From the NCBI GenBank assembly GCA_963840855.1, contig CAWJBB010000040.1:128001-192000 (forward strand): a stretch of 64,000 nt of DNA, written 5' to 3'. Source of the DNA: an uncultured delta proteobacterium. GTDB taxonomy: Bacteria; Desulfobacterota; Binatia; UBA9968. Below are positions 38,408 to 48,719 of this stretch, piece after piece. Within the stretch, counting starts at the first letter, position 1. Every line of letters begins with the position of its first letter. The notes beneath the pieces were generated by a model, which was not told the DNA's origin, did no database searches, and saw only the letters and a program-made list of their open reading frames with translations. A program made the position numbers and the translations under genes.

Positions 38408-39376
38408 ATGACAAAGCCCGACAATCGTTTTCGCGGACTCTTCATTCCCCACGTGACGCCGTTCGATGAATCCGGCGCCTTGGACTTGGAAAGCCTCGAG
38501 CGCCTGACTTCTTACCAGACGACGGTGAACGGTGTGGCCGGGCTGGTTTCCTGCGCCCGTATCGGCGAAGGTCCGGTGCTCAGCGGCGGCGAGAAGCGAC
38601 GGGTCTATGAAGTTGTCGGCAAGGTCGCGCACCAAAGCGGGCGCGTTCACATCGCCACCATCATGCCCCAATCCACCGACGAAGCGATCGAGCTGATCCG
38701 CGATCTCGAAACGCTGCCGGTGGACGCAACGATGATCTTTCCGCCGCTGCTTTTGGCCTGGGGCAAAGTGGAAAACGAGCTCAAGATCCAATTCTTCGAG
38801 GATATCACGCGCGCGACCCGATTGCCGCTGGTATTGTTCCAGATACCGGTCAGAAGTTACTGGTACGATCCGCCGACAATCTGCCGGATCGCAGAGTTGG
38901 AAAACGTTGTCGCGTTTAAGGAAGCGTCTTTCGATATCGATCTGTTCACGGAAACCATGCGTCAACTGGAGCGGCAAAATTCCACGATCCAGGTCCTGAC
39001 CGGCAATGACCGCTTCGTCGCCGAAAGTTATGAGCTAGGCTCCAGCGGCGCGCTTATCGGCGTTGCCAATGTTGCGACAGAAAATTGGGCCGCCATGGAC
39101 CACGCCGCTCAAGCGGGCGATTTCAAACGAGCCATGGCGCTGCAGAAAGAACTCGAAGCGGTCAAAGAGTTGGTTTTCAGCGAACCTATCGTCGAAGCGG
39201 TGGCTCGCATCAAGATTGTGCTGCAACATGAAGGGCTGATCAAAACCGCCAGGGTCCGCCGCCCGCAGTTAGGTATCCCTGACGCGGATAAAAAGCAATT
39301 ACTCGATAGCTACCGAGCGCTACGACTGCGCGAAGCGGAGTATTCATCAGGCGATAGAAAAAGAGCCGTGAGCTGA
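38408..39376 (+). CDS. DapA/NAL-family aldolase
   Basis: VTPFD, GEG..LS..EK, Schiff-base Lys in AFKEAS and TGND. Confidence 0.9.
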   Translation: MTKPDNRFRGLFIPHVTPFDESGALDLESLERLTSYQTTVNGVAGLVSCARIGEGPVLSGGEKRRVYEVVGKVAHQSGRVHIATIMPQSTDEAIELIRDLETLPVDATMIFPPLLLAWGKVENELKIQFFEDITRATRLPLVLFQIPVRSYWYDPPTICRIAELENVVAFKEASFDIDLFTETMRQLERQNSTIQVLTGNDRFVAESYELGSSGALIGVANVATENWAAMDHAAQAGDFKRAMALQKELEAVKELVFSEPIVEAVARIKIVLQHEGLIKTARVRRPQLGIPDADKKQLLDSYRALRLREAEYSSGDRKRAVS

Positions 39377-39436
39377 ACGCTCGTCAGCCAAAAGGCTGAG
39401 GCCCTCTAAAATACGTCGCTCACGAGTGATCTTTTC

Positions 39437-39520
39437 CGTCATGCTCGCGAAAGCGGGCATCCAGGTTGGAGCGAAAACCGTTGCCGGAATGACTGGATTC
39501 CCGCCTCCGCGGGAATGACG
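39437..39520. repeat. CGTC-type REP pair (dRS3-like)
   Basis: cgtcatgctcgcgaaagcgggcatcca...tggattcccgcctccgcgggaatgacg. Confidence 0.8.
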
Positions 39521-39675
39521 ATTCTTCCGATCGCGCAATGACAAGTGGTTTCATTCGTTCCCCGAAGAGAACAAATACGCTGGGCCAAGCGCACTCTACC
39601 CCGAAACTTCGTGTTCTTCGTGCCTTTGTGGTAATTCTTCTCTGCGTCCTTCACGTTCCTTCCGGTTAAATTTTC

Positions 39676-40965
39676 CTAGTACACCCGTTCCGCTCCCCGC
39701 CCGGGAATGACCAACGCGAACAACGCCACCGTCACGGCCAGGAGAATCATCGCGCTGAGCGCCAGCGACCAGTGAATCCCGATCAGTCCGCCGACCACAC
39801 CGACCGTCACGCCGCTGAAGGCCTTGAGTCCATTGTTCGAGGTGTTGAAAAGACCGATCAACCGTCCGCGCAGCTGGGCAGGCGCTTGAAGCTGGACCAG
39901 GGTTTGCGCCATAGAGAGAAATGCCAAATTGAGAAAACCGGCGCAGAACAAAAGCACCACCGACAATGGATAGCTGGTGGACACCGCAAAAGCGACGATG
40001 ACGACGCACCAGAGAATCGAGCAGATGGCGGCGTTTCGCGCATTCGCTCTCAACCAGCCCTTGCCTTCGAGCAGAAGACCACCGACCACCGCTCCGGCGG
40101 CACTGGCGGCCAACAGAACGGTGTAAGCCGTGTCTTGCCTATCATGTCCGAGGTCATGGGCAAACTCCGGCATCTGCGCTTGAAACGCGTTGCCGACCAG
40201 CAGCGAAGTCGCGCCACCGAGCAGAATCATGGAAAGGATCGTCGGATTGGCCGACGTCTCCCGCATGAGTTGGAAGGCGCCGCTAAAACTTAAGCGCGGC
40301 GCTCGAGCGCTTCCCGCCTCATCTCGCCCATGTCCGGTATAGGGTAAAATGAACATGAAGATGAGCGCCGGGACAAACATCAACGTATTGATAAACAGTC
40401 CCACGGGCGGTCCAAAGAGCAGCATCGTTGCGCCGCCGATCGCGGGGCCCAAAAGCACGCCTAAATGACGCGACGTGGAATTGAGCCTGACCGCGCTTTG
40501 CAGATACTCGCGCCCAACGATATCGTGGATAATCAGTTGCCCGCCCGGCCCGCCTAACACGCCCGCCATGCCGTGGATTACGAGCAAGACGCAGGCATGC
40601 CAGACTTGGATCGTGTCGGTGAAAAAGAGAATTCCCCAGGTCAAGGAAACCAGCGCATACATGAGCTGGGACGCTTGAATCACCCGGCGGCAATCATGGC
40701 GGTCGGCCAGCGCTCCGAAATACACCGCGAAGAACAAGAACGGCGTCCAGTGGCTGATCACGGCGAATCCGCCGAGAACCGGCGAGTGAAACTTTTGGAA
40801 TAATAGCCAGTAACTTATGACATGCTCAATGTTATCGCCCATGGTGGAAAACAGATGAACAATGAAGTAGCGGCGAAAGTCACGATGGCGCAGCGCCGCA
40901 AAAGCAACTTTCCTTTCAGGCTTCGATGCAGAATCGAGATGCGATGGATTAGGTTTCGCGGTCAT
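39676..40965 (-). CDS. MFS transporter (MFS_3-like), paralog 1
   Basis: FAALRHRDFR, DNIEHVISYW and GALADRHD; multiple TM helices. Confidence 0.9.
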   Translation of the reverse strand: MTAKPNPSHLDSASKPERKVAFAALRHRDFRRYFIVHLFSTMGDNIEHVISYWLLFQKFHSPVLGGFAVISHWTPFLFFAVYFGALADRHDCRRVIQASQLMYALVSLTWGILFFTDTIQVWHACVLLVIHGMAGVLGGPGGQLIIHDIVGREYLQSAVRLNSTSRHLGVLLGPAIGGATMLLFGPPVGLFINTLMFVPALIFMFILPYTGHGRDEAGSARAPRLSFSGAFQLMRETSANPTILSMILLGGATSLLVGNAFQAQMPEFAHDLGHDRQDTAYTVLLAASAAGAVVGGLLLEGKGWLRANARNAAICSILWCVVIVAFAVSTSYPLSVVLLFCAGFLNLAFLSMAQTLVQLQAPAQLRGRLIGLFNTSNNGLKAFSGVTVGVVGGLIGIHWSLALSAMILLAVTVALFALVIPGRGAERVY

Positions 40966-41079
40966 AGGTAATGATTCTCGGTGATGCTGTTTAGGCAGGA
41001 TCAATAGATTGAACGTTTTGAACGGCTTGAACTGTTTGAACCATCAGCGGTCCTTCATTCGTTCGCCTTCAGCCTTTCG

Positions 41080-42358
41080 CTAAACTGTCCGTTGACTGGG
41101 AATCATGAAGGCAAGAAGCGCCACCGTGATCGCCAGCAACACCAACGCACTCCCCGCCAGAGACCAGTGCACGCCGATCAAGCCGCCGACCACTCCCACG
41201 GTGAGCCCGCTAAAGGCCTTGAGTCCCAGGCTCGCCATCGAATACAAACCGATGACACGGCCGCGCAACTGCGGCGGCGAGCGTAATTGAACGATTGTCT
41301 GCGCCATTGAGGAGAAGGCCAGATGCAAAACGCCGGCGACAAAAAGCAAGGTCAGGGACAGCGCATAACTGGTAGAGAGCGCGAAGACTGCGATGGTCAC
41401 GCACCAAAGTATGGCGCTGATGATCGCCGTCTTGACGTTCGGGGGTAACCAACCCCGGCCCTCCAGCAAGAAACCCACCGACGACAGCGCCCGCGGCATT
41501 GGCCCCGAGTAAAGCGCTGTAGGCGAAATCGGCTTTCTCAGTTCCGAGATCATGGGCAAACTCGGGCATTGTCGCTTGAAACGCGGTGCCGACGAAAAAC
41601 GACACGCAGCCGCCCAGCGCAACCATGGTAATGATCGGCCGGTTGCCGGAGATTTCACGGATGATTTGAAAGGCGTCGCGCCAACTGACCGCTCTTCGCG
41701 CCGGCGCCGGGTCTTCACGACTATGACCGGTGTAAGGCACGGTGAGCAGCCAAATCGTCAGAGGCAAATAGATAAGCGTATTCACCACCAGTCCGGCCGC
41801 CGGACTGAGCAGCAGCATCAATCCGCCGCCCACCGCAGGGCCGAACAGAACTCCCAGTTGCCGGCTCGTCGAATTGAGACGGATGGCGCTTTGCAGTTGC
41901 TCCCGGCCGACGATGTCGTGAATTAGCAACTGACTGCCCGGTCCCCACAGGACACCCGCCATGCCATGGACTACGAGCAACACGCAGGCGTGCCAGACTT
42001 CGATCGTATCGGTCCAGAAAAGCACCGCCCACGCCGCCGAGACGCCCATGAACATGATCTGCGCAACCTGGATGACCTTGCGGCAGTCGTAACGGTCGGC
42101 CATGGCGCCGAAATATACGGAGAAGAGCAGAAACGGCGTCCAGTGACTGAGCACGGCAAAGCCGGCGAGCACCGGCGAGCGGAATTTTTCATAGAGCAGC
42201 CAGTAACTGATCACATGCTCGATATTGTCCGCCATCATGGCGAGCATCGTGGCGACGAAATAAACGCGGAAATCTTTGTGATGGAGCGCAGCGAAGGCGA
42301 TTTTTTTATCAGGGCGAGCGGAACGTTGTCGTGCTTCAGGGTTTGGCTTGGCCGTCAT
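41080..42358 (-). CDS. MFS transporter, paralog 2 (one +1 indel near 41472)
   Basis: Same motifs as paralog 1; split over ORFs 41210-42436 and 41080-41718. Confidence 0.85.
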
Positions 42359-42422
42359 GGATGTCAACGAAATGCAGGCAATTAACCCAAGACAGTAACG
42401 GATATTGGCAGGCTGCGCAAAC

Positions 42423-42671
42423 TTCCTAGCCCGCATTATTCACGAGATTACGGCCGAGGAGAAAGCCTCCGGTCGCGGCCAATGGGCCTGTACCTTGAGG
42501 AGGACGGCTGACTTAATGAGTGCGGCGATGATCGAGGAGAAACGTGAATTAGTGCCAAGCACCCCACAAGTCGGCGTAACTTTGTACTCTGTGTCCGCTC
42601 TCTACGAGATTCTCCTCGGCCTTACACCGTGTTGAAGTTTTCCGAGGTGCATGAATAATCCGGGTTAGGAA
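42423..42671. mobile_element. MITE-like element with imperfect 20-bp terminal inverted repeats
   Basis: ttcctagcccgcattattca ... tgaataatccgggttaggaa (18/20 match); no recognisable gene inside. Confidence 0.55.
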
Positions 42672-42677
42672 TTAACG

Positions 42678-44003
42678 TCATCGGCTGCGAGACTCAACGC
42701 GGGAACTTCTCATCCAAGCTCCCGTACTGCGGGTGGCAAACACGAACGCCAGAAGCGCCAGCGTCACTGCCATGAGCGCCATCGCGCTGATCGCCAACGA
42801 CCAGTGAATGCCGATGAGCGCGCCGACAAAGCCCACTGTCACGCCACTGAACGCGCGTAAGCCAAAGGCGGACATCGAAAATAAACCGATGAGCCGTCCG
42901 CGCAGGTGGATCGGCGCCTCCAGTTGCACAATCGCCTGAGCGGCCGAGTAGAATGACAAATTCAAAACGCCGGCAATAAAGAGCAGCGTGATCGATAAGA
43001 AATAACTCGTCGAAAGCGCAAACACCGCGACCACCCCGCACCACAGAATTGCGCAGATAATGGCGGTCTTGACATTGGCTTTGAGCCAACCTTTTCCTTC
43101 GAGCACGAAGCCGCCGAAAACCGCGCCCGCCGCGCTCGCCGTGAGCAACGCGCCATAGGCGAAATCCGCCTTTTCGGCGCCGAGGTCATGGGCAAAACCC
43201 GGCATTTGGGTTTGAAATGAATTGCCGACGAACAACGACGCGCTCCCGCCAAGTATGACCATGGTGATAATCGGACGGTTGTGAGCAATTTCGCGAATGA
43301 CTTTGATAACATCGTTCCAACCGATGGCGCGCTTCGGCGGCGCGCCTTCGCGCAAGTGTCCCGTATAGGGAACCACCAGCAACCATAGGGTCAACGGCAA
43401 ATAGATGAGCGCATTGGCGAGCAATCCGAAGGAGGGGCCGAGCCAAAACATCAGGCCTGCGCCCACCGCGGGCCCGAAGAGTATTCCCAACATCCGGCTC
43501 GTAGCATTGAGCCTCACCGCGCTCTGGATATGCTCCATGCCGACGATGTCGTGGATCAGAAGCTGTTCAGCGGGCGTCCACAACACTCCCGCGACCCCAT
43601 GAATCACCAGCAGAATACACGCGTGCCAAACTTGTATGGCATCGGTCCAAAACAGAAGCGCCCACGCCGCCGTCACGCCCATGTACATGATTTGCGCGGC
43701 TTGAATAACCTTTCGGCAGTCGTAGCGATCCGCGATGGCGCCAAAATAGACCGAGAATAGCAAAAATGGCGTCCAGTGACTGATGTCGGCGAACCCGGCG
43801 AGCACCGGCGACTGGAACTTTTGAAACAGCAGCCAGTAGCTGATCACATGTTCGATGTTGTCCGCCATCATCGCGAGCATGGTGGTGACGAAGAAATACC
43901 GGAAGTGGCGGTGTTGCAGCGCCGCGAAGGCGACCTTTTTTGCGGGCGTAATTGAATTCTGCGCGGCCGTGGTTGCGCCGGATGAAATTGTCGATAGAGC
44001 CAA
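42678..44003 (-). CDS. MFS transporter, paralog 3
   Basis: FAALQHRHFR and DNIEHVISYW; probable TTG start after ggag. Confidence 0.9.
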   Translation of the reverse strand: MALSTISSGATTAAQNSITPAKKVAFAALQHRHFRYFFVTTMLAMMADNIEHVISYWLLFQKFQSPVLAGFADISHWTPFLLFSVYFGAIADRYDCRKVIQAAQIMYMGVTAAWALLFWTDAIQVWHACILLVIHGVAGVLWTPAEQLLIHDIVGMEHIQSAVRLNATSRMLGILFGPAVGAGLMFWLGPSFGLLANALIYLPLTLWLLVVPYTGHLREGAPPKRAIGWNDVIKVIREIAHNRPIITMVILGGSASLFVGNSFQTQMPGFAHDLGAEKADFAYGALLTASAAGAVFGGFVLEGKGWLKANVKTAIICAILWCGVVAVFALSTSYFLSITLLFIAGVLNLSFYSAAQAIVQLEAPIHLRGRLIGLFSMSAFGLRAFSGVTVGFVGALIGIHWSLAISAMALMAVTLALLAFVFATRSTGAWMRSSRVESRSR

Positions 44004-44082
44004 TGGCGTCTCCGAATTGCGTGTAAATAGATTTGCACATAACCCGTATTCGCCGGCTTTGCAAATTATGCGATGACATTCA

Positions 44083-45607
44083 TTGTCGACAACCATATCC
44101 CTTGCTTTCCGCGCCGGCTTTTGCGACAAACCAAACGATGCGGTTCACCAACGGGGCATTTCCCTGAAATCATTTCGTAGTTCTTACACGCAACTTTTTT
44201 ACGGCTGGCGTATGGTGGGTCTCGTTTCCGCCCTCCGGGTGCTGGGCGGCGGCCTGCATAACTATGGCTTCACGGTTTTTTTCTTGCCGTTGAGCCAAGA
44301 CCTGGGCCTGAGCCGCGCCGCCACTTCCCTGGCGTTTTCTTTGGCGCGGGTCGAGGGCGCCATCGAGGGGCCATTCGTCGGCTATCTGATCGATCGCTTC
44401 GGGCCGCGGCCGATGATTCTCATCGCAGCGCTATTAACCGGAGTAGGTTACATCCTGTTCGCCTGGGTCGACAGCTACGCGTCTTTCCTGATCGTCTATC
44501 TCGGCATCATTTCGCTCTCGTTCGCGCCAGGGCTTCGTCCACGCGCCGATGGCGGTGGGCAACACCTGGTTCATCCGCTGGCGGGCGCGAGCCATGACGG
44601 TGATCAGCTCGGCGGTGCCCGTCGGCGGCATGCTGATCTCGCCCCTTTTAGGGATGGCCGTGCAAGCCTGGGGTTGGCGCTGGGGCGCGATCCTTGCCGG
44701 TACGCTTTTCTTGCTCATCGGCATCCCGCTTGGGTTAGGCGTGCGGCCTTCGCCGGAAAGCATGGGCCTTCTACCTGACGGCGATGTGCCGAAACTCAAT
44801 GCGACGAAAGACCAGGGCGATAGCAAGCGCGACGACGGCAATCCGCCTTCATCGGACCCGACCTTGCGCGAAGCGATGAAGACGTTCGTTTTCTGGCTGT
44901 TCGTGATCGGCATGACGGTGCGCGTCGGCGTCTATAGCACGATCACCGTCCATTTCGTTCCGCTCATGGTTTGGAAGGGACAAACTCAAGAATACGCGGC
45001 ATTCTTGCTCGGTGGCTTTGCGTTTTTGAATTGGGCCGCCCATTTTGTCGTCGGCTGGATCGCCGACGCGGTCAATCGTCCCAAGCTGTTGACCGGCTGC
45101 ATGGTGGTCGCAGCGGGCGGATTGCTATCGCTGATTTGGGGCCATGGAGTGTGGACGCTCTGGCTGTTTACACTTCTTTTTACCCCCATCGACGCTTCGT
45201 TTCCCATCGTGTGGGCAACCATCGGCGACTTCTTTGGCCGCAAATCCTTCGCTACCATCCGAGGAACCATGTCGTTTTTTTATGCCTGGGGCAGCGTAGT
45301 CGGACCCGTCATCGCCGGCGCGCTCTTCGATCGCGAGCAAAATTATTTTTCGACCCTCTGGGGCCTTACTACCATGATGCTCTTGGGCGCGCTCCTGACA
45401 GCGCTCTTGATCAAGCCGTGGGAAGAGAGAGGGCGCAAGCGGCGGAGACGACGTAAGAGGATCGAGTTCAAGGTTCAAGTTTCAAAGTTTCGGAAGTTAT
45501 CTGCGATCCTCGAACATCGAACGTTGAACTGGGAAGCCATACTGGCCAATCCCATCACTGGCGGGTTTCGCGTAATCGCCGCGGACCGGGATCATCACGG
45601 GCCCTAA
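44083..45607 (+). CDS. MFS transporter (OFA-like); +1 indel near 44530, start and end uncertain
   Basis: FYGWRMV, GYLIDRFGPR, WFIRWRARAM, PESMGLLPDG and DFFGRKSFATIRG. Confidence 0.8.
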
Positions 45608-46230
45608 TGCGTAGACAATTCGGGGCGCTCAAGAAAATTGTTCAAAATGCCTCGCTCGAAGTAAAGGGAGGTGGAACCGTAAATCCACTGCTCGTAAACC
45701 CCCCAGCCGCCTTCTGACCGCTTGATTTGATCCGGCTTACCCCAGGCCAGTAAAACCTGCTCTTGAGTCATTGCAATCGCGATTTTCCCATCGATGACGA
45801 GTTGGCAAATGCCGCTGGACCATCCTTTAGCCCTGATTTGTCGAGCCCGACGGTAGGAGATTATCTTGGCCTGCTGCTTACGCCTGGTGTCGGGATCAAA
45901 GTCAACGAGGACTTTTTTTCGCAGCGCCAGGTCCACCCATTCCTTCGTGATAGTGTTGCGCCGCCCGGAGGGTAGCTCGATACGGTAATACTCTGGCGAG
46001 TCGGCATCTTCATCGAGGAGAGAAAAACAATTGATGTCTTCGCCAATTTCACGTCTTATCCTGTGAAATTCGTCAAATGCGCGCGTCTTGTAAGCCTCAT
46101 TGGCTGACACAAGCCAAAGTTTTTTCAGAGGTTGATTCTTGGATTTCTGAAGGATTAACACAGTGCCGAAGGATAAAAACCCGACCAAAGCGGGTAACAA
46201 ACTGACAGATTGATCCATGATACCTCTCAC
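45604..46230 (-). CDS. Membrane-anchored hypothetical protein with a C-terminal SmpA/OmlA-like motif
   Basis: N-terminal TM; MTQEQVLLAWGKPD...EQWIYG..LYFE.G. Confidence 0.6.
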   Translation of the reverse strand: MRGIMDQSVSLLPALVGFLSFGTVLILQKSKNQPLKKLWLVSANEAYKTRAFDEFHRIRREIGEDINCFSLLDEDADSPEYYRIELPSGRRNTITKEWVDLALRKKVLVDFDPDTRRKQQAKIISYRRARQIRAKGWSSGICQLVIDGKIAIAMTQEQVLLAWGKPDQIKRSEGGWGVYEQWIYGSTSLYFERGILNNFLERPELSTH

Positions 46231-46681
46231 TTCCGCGCTTCAGCGAATGCTTTTCGCGGCTTTATTATTCAACTCGACACGCGTAAAAATGTCCTGGCCG
46301 ACAAGGCACTCAAACGCGGTTGCAAGCCATATTGGGCGCAAGTAAGCAAAAAACCGGCCTTGCCGCGGATGGCAAGTGGTGGCGCGGCAATGACGGGATT
46401 GCCATGGATAAGCGCTAACGGTGATCGGCTTGATCGTTCTTTTTTGTTCCCTAATAGACTTTATTTATCCGAAAACGTAATCGAGTATTTCGTCGCGGCC
46501 GCCGCGCGACGTAGTCGGAAATGCCGAACATTCCTACGTACCGAGCACGAGCATCAATGCCTCACGCTTGGCTTGCGCATCTTGAATTGTCAAGTTAAAG
46601 GTTCAACGTTCGGAGATGTATTCCGAAACTTTGAAACTTAAACATAGAAGTTTGAACCCGTAAGCAAACCGGCCAAGCCGA

Positions 46682-47593
46682 TCACTTGCGCGCTTGGGTG
46701 AGCCGTGGATCGAGAGCGTCGCGCAGCGCGTCGCCGAGAAGGTTGAAGCTCATCAGCGCGAAGAAGATGAAAAGACCCGGCAAAAATACTTGAAGCGGGG
46801 CGATGAATATATTGGTGGAGGCGTTGGTGAGCAGATTGCCCCAGCTCGGCGTCGGCGGCTGGATGCCGAGACCGAGAAAACTCAGTGTCGTCTCAGCGCG
46901 AATGGCTGCGCCGGCGTCCAGAGTCGCGGCGACGATGAGCGGCGCGAGAGAGTTGGGCAAGAGGTGGCGCAGCATGACGCGCCAGCGCGAGGCTCCCAGA
47001 CACTGGGCGGCCAGGACAAACTCCTGCTCGCGATAGGAGAGCACCGCACCGCGCGCCAAGCGCGCGGCATTGGTCCATTCAAGTGCCGCGAGGATTACAA
47101 TGATGTTTAACAGCCCAGGCCCGGCCACTTTTGACAGAACCAGCAGCAACACGATGCGTGGAATCGTGTAAATGGTATCGACAATGCGCATGAGAATGTT
47201 GTCGAGCGCTCCCCCCACATAACCTGCCAAAATCCCCAAAATACCGCCCAGGATCACCGTGCTGATACCGACGATTAACCCGACTGCAAGTGAAACTCGA
47301 CCGCCGTGCATAATCCTGACCCATGTGTCCCGTCCTAGTTCGTCCGTGCCAAACCAGTGGCCCGCAGTCGGACCGTGCATTCGCTCGCTCAAGGAAACCT
47401 GATCGAGTTGGTAGGGCACCAGATAAGGCCCGAAGATAACCAGGAGAAGCAGAAAGACGAAAAAGAAAAACCCGGCGTAGGCCACGCGGTGCTGCTTGAA
47501 GCGGCGCCAGATGATGCGCCAGTATCCGGATTGCTGTTCGTTTTGCACTAGATTTAATGGTCTCATGAGAATGTTAGTGGTTGCCTTCTTCAT
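46682..47593 (-). CDS. Peptide/nickel ABC permease (DppC/OppC family)
   Basis: HWFGTDELGRD, EFVLAA..LGAS..RHLLPN, LSFLGLG and GDALRDALDPR. Confidence 0.95.
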   Translation of the reverse strand: MKKATTNILMRPLNLVQNEQQSGYWRIIWRRFKQHRVAYAGFFFFVFLLLLVIFGPYLVPYQLDQVSLSERMHGPTAGHWFGTDELGRDTWVRIMHGGRVSLAVGLIVGISTVILGGILGILAGYVGGALDNILMRIVDTIYTIPRIVLLLVLSKVAGPGLLNIIVILAALEWTNAARLARGAVLSYREQEFVLAAQCLGASRWRVMLRHLLPNSLAPLIVAATLDAGAAIRAETTLSFLGLGIQPPTPSWGNLLTNASTNIFIAPLQVFLPGLFIFFALMSFNLLGDALRDALDPRLTQARK

Positions 47594-47595
47594 AT

Positions 47596-48567
47596 TCAGC
47601 TCTGATACCGGATGCGCGGGTCGAGCCAGCCATAGAGAATGTCCGCCAGCAAGTTACACGCTACTACGGTCACGGCGATAATCATCACCACGGTCATCGC
47701 CACTACGTAGTCGTTTCCCATGATCGAAGTGAAGAGCAGCCGGCCCATTCCCGGATAGGCAAAAACGGTTTCCACAACGGTGGAGCCGCCGATGACTCGC
47801 GGCATGGTGATCGCGATGATGGTGACCACCGGGATGAGGGCGTTTTTGAGCGCATGCCTGCCAATGACCGCTCGTTCGCTCAGTCCTTTGGCGCGCGCGG
47901 TGGTCAAATAATCCTGACGCAGCACTTCGAGCAGGCTCGAACGCATGAAGCGCTGGACTTGAATGATTTCAGAGGTGGCCAAAACCGTCACAGGAAGGAC
48001 CAAATGCTTGATCCAATCCACGGTGGCCTCCCAGGTTCCCGGCGCGATATCGGGATTGACGATGCCGGAGGTTGGAAACCAGCCGAGCTTGACGGAAAAG
48101 GCGATGATCATCATCAGCCCGAGCCAAAAAGCCGGGATTGAATAGGCGATGAACGTAAGCGCGGTAAGAAGGTAATCGCCGATGGAGTACTGGCGCACCG
48201 CCGAGAAAATCCCCAACAGAATCGCCACGGCCTTCCCGATAATCACTGCGATCACCGTCAGCACCAGGGTGTTCTTCAGCGCCGGCACGATAATTTCTAT
48301 GACTGGCTGGCCGTACTCCCGCGAGTAACCCGGGTTGAGCTGAATCAACTGCCAGAGCCACTTCCAGTACTGCACGTAAATAGGGTCGTCCAGGCCGTAG
48401 AGCTTGCGCAGGCGCTCATAATCTTGCGGGCGCAAATTGGGCACGTCCTCGAGCATCCGGTAGAGAGGATCACCCGGCATGAGGTAAAGCAGCAAATAAA
48501 TCAGCGCAGAAATAAAAACCAAAAGAGGAACGGTTTGCAGGAGCCGTCGTGTAACGTAAATCAGCAT
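47596..48567 (-). CDS. Peptide/nickel ABC permease (DppB/OppB family)
   Basis: MPGDP, YGLDDP, DYLTTARAKGL, HALKNAL and LDPRIR. Confidence 0.95.
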   Translation of the reverse strand: MLIYVTRRLLQTVPLLVFISALIYLLLYLMPGDPLYRMLEDVPNLRPQDYERLRKLYGLDDPIYVQYWKWLWQLIQLNPGYSREYGQPVIEIIVPALKNTLVLTVIAVIIGKAVAILLGIFSAVRQYSIGDYLLTALTFIAYSIPAFWLGLMMIIAFSVKLGWFPTSGIVNPDIAPGTWEATVDWIKHLVLPVTVLATSEIIQVQRFMRSSLLEVLRQDYLTTARAKGLSERAVIGRHALKNALIPVVTIIAITMPRVIGGSTVVETVFAYPGMGRLLFTSIMGNDYVVAMTVVMIIAVTVVACNLLADILYGWLDPRIRYQS

Positions 48568-48607
48568 AGAGAATTGACCACCGCGAACCTTAATCGAACC
48601 GCAAAAA

Positions 48608-48710
48608 GTGGTTCACAAATTCCGTCCTTGAGCTTTGAACCTTGAACTTTGAACTACTGTCAGCCGTTCGAACGACTTGAACGATTTGAACATCTTGAAC
48701 TATTGGAACG
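48608..48710. repeat. TTGAAC heptamer/nonamer repeat cluster
   Basis: ttgagctttgaaccttgaactttgaac; ttcgaacgacttgaacgatttgaacatcttgaac. Confidence 0.75.
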
Positions 48711-48719
48711 GCTGTTTTC

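Noticed and set aside
38408-39376. dapA of lysine biosynthesis
   Set aside because: Lacks the GTTGE and catalytic Tyr (YN) motifs (has ARIGE and LFQ); a different family aldolase
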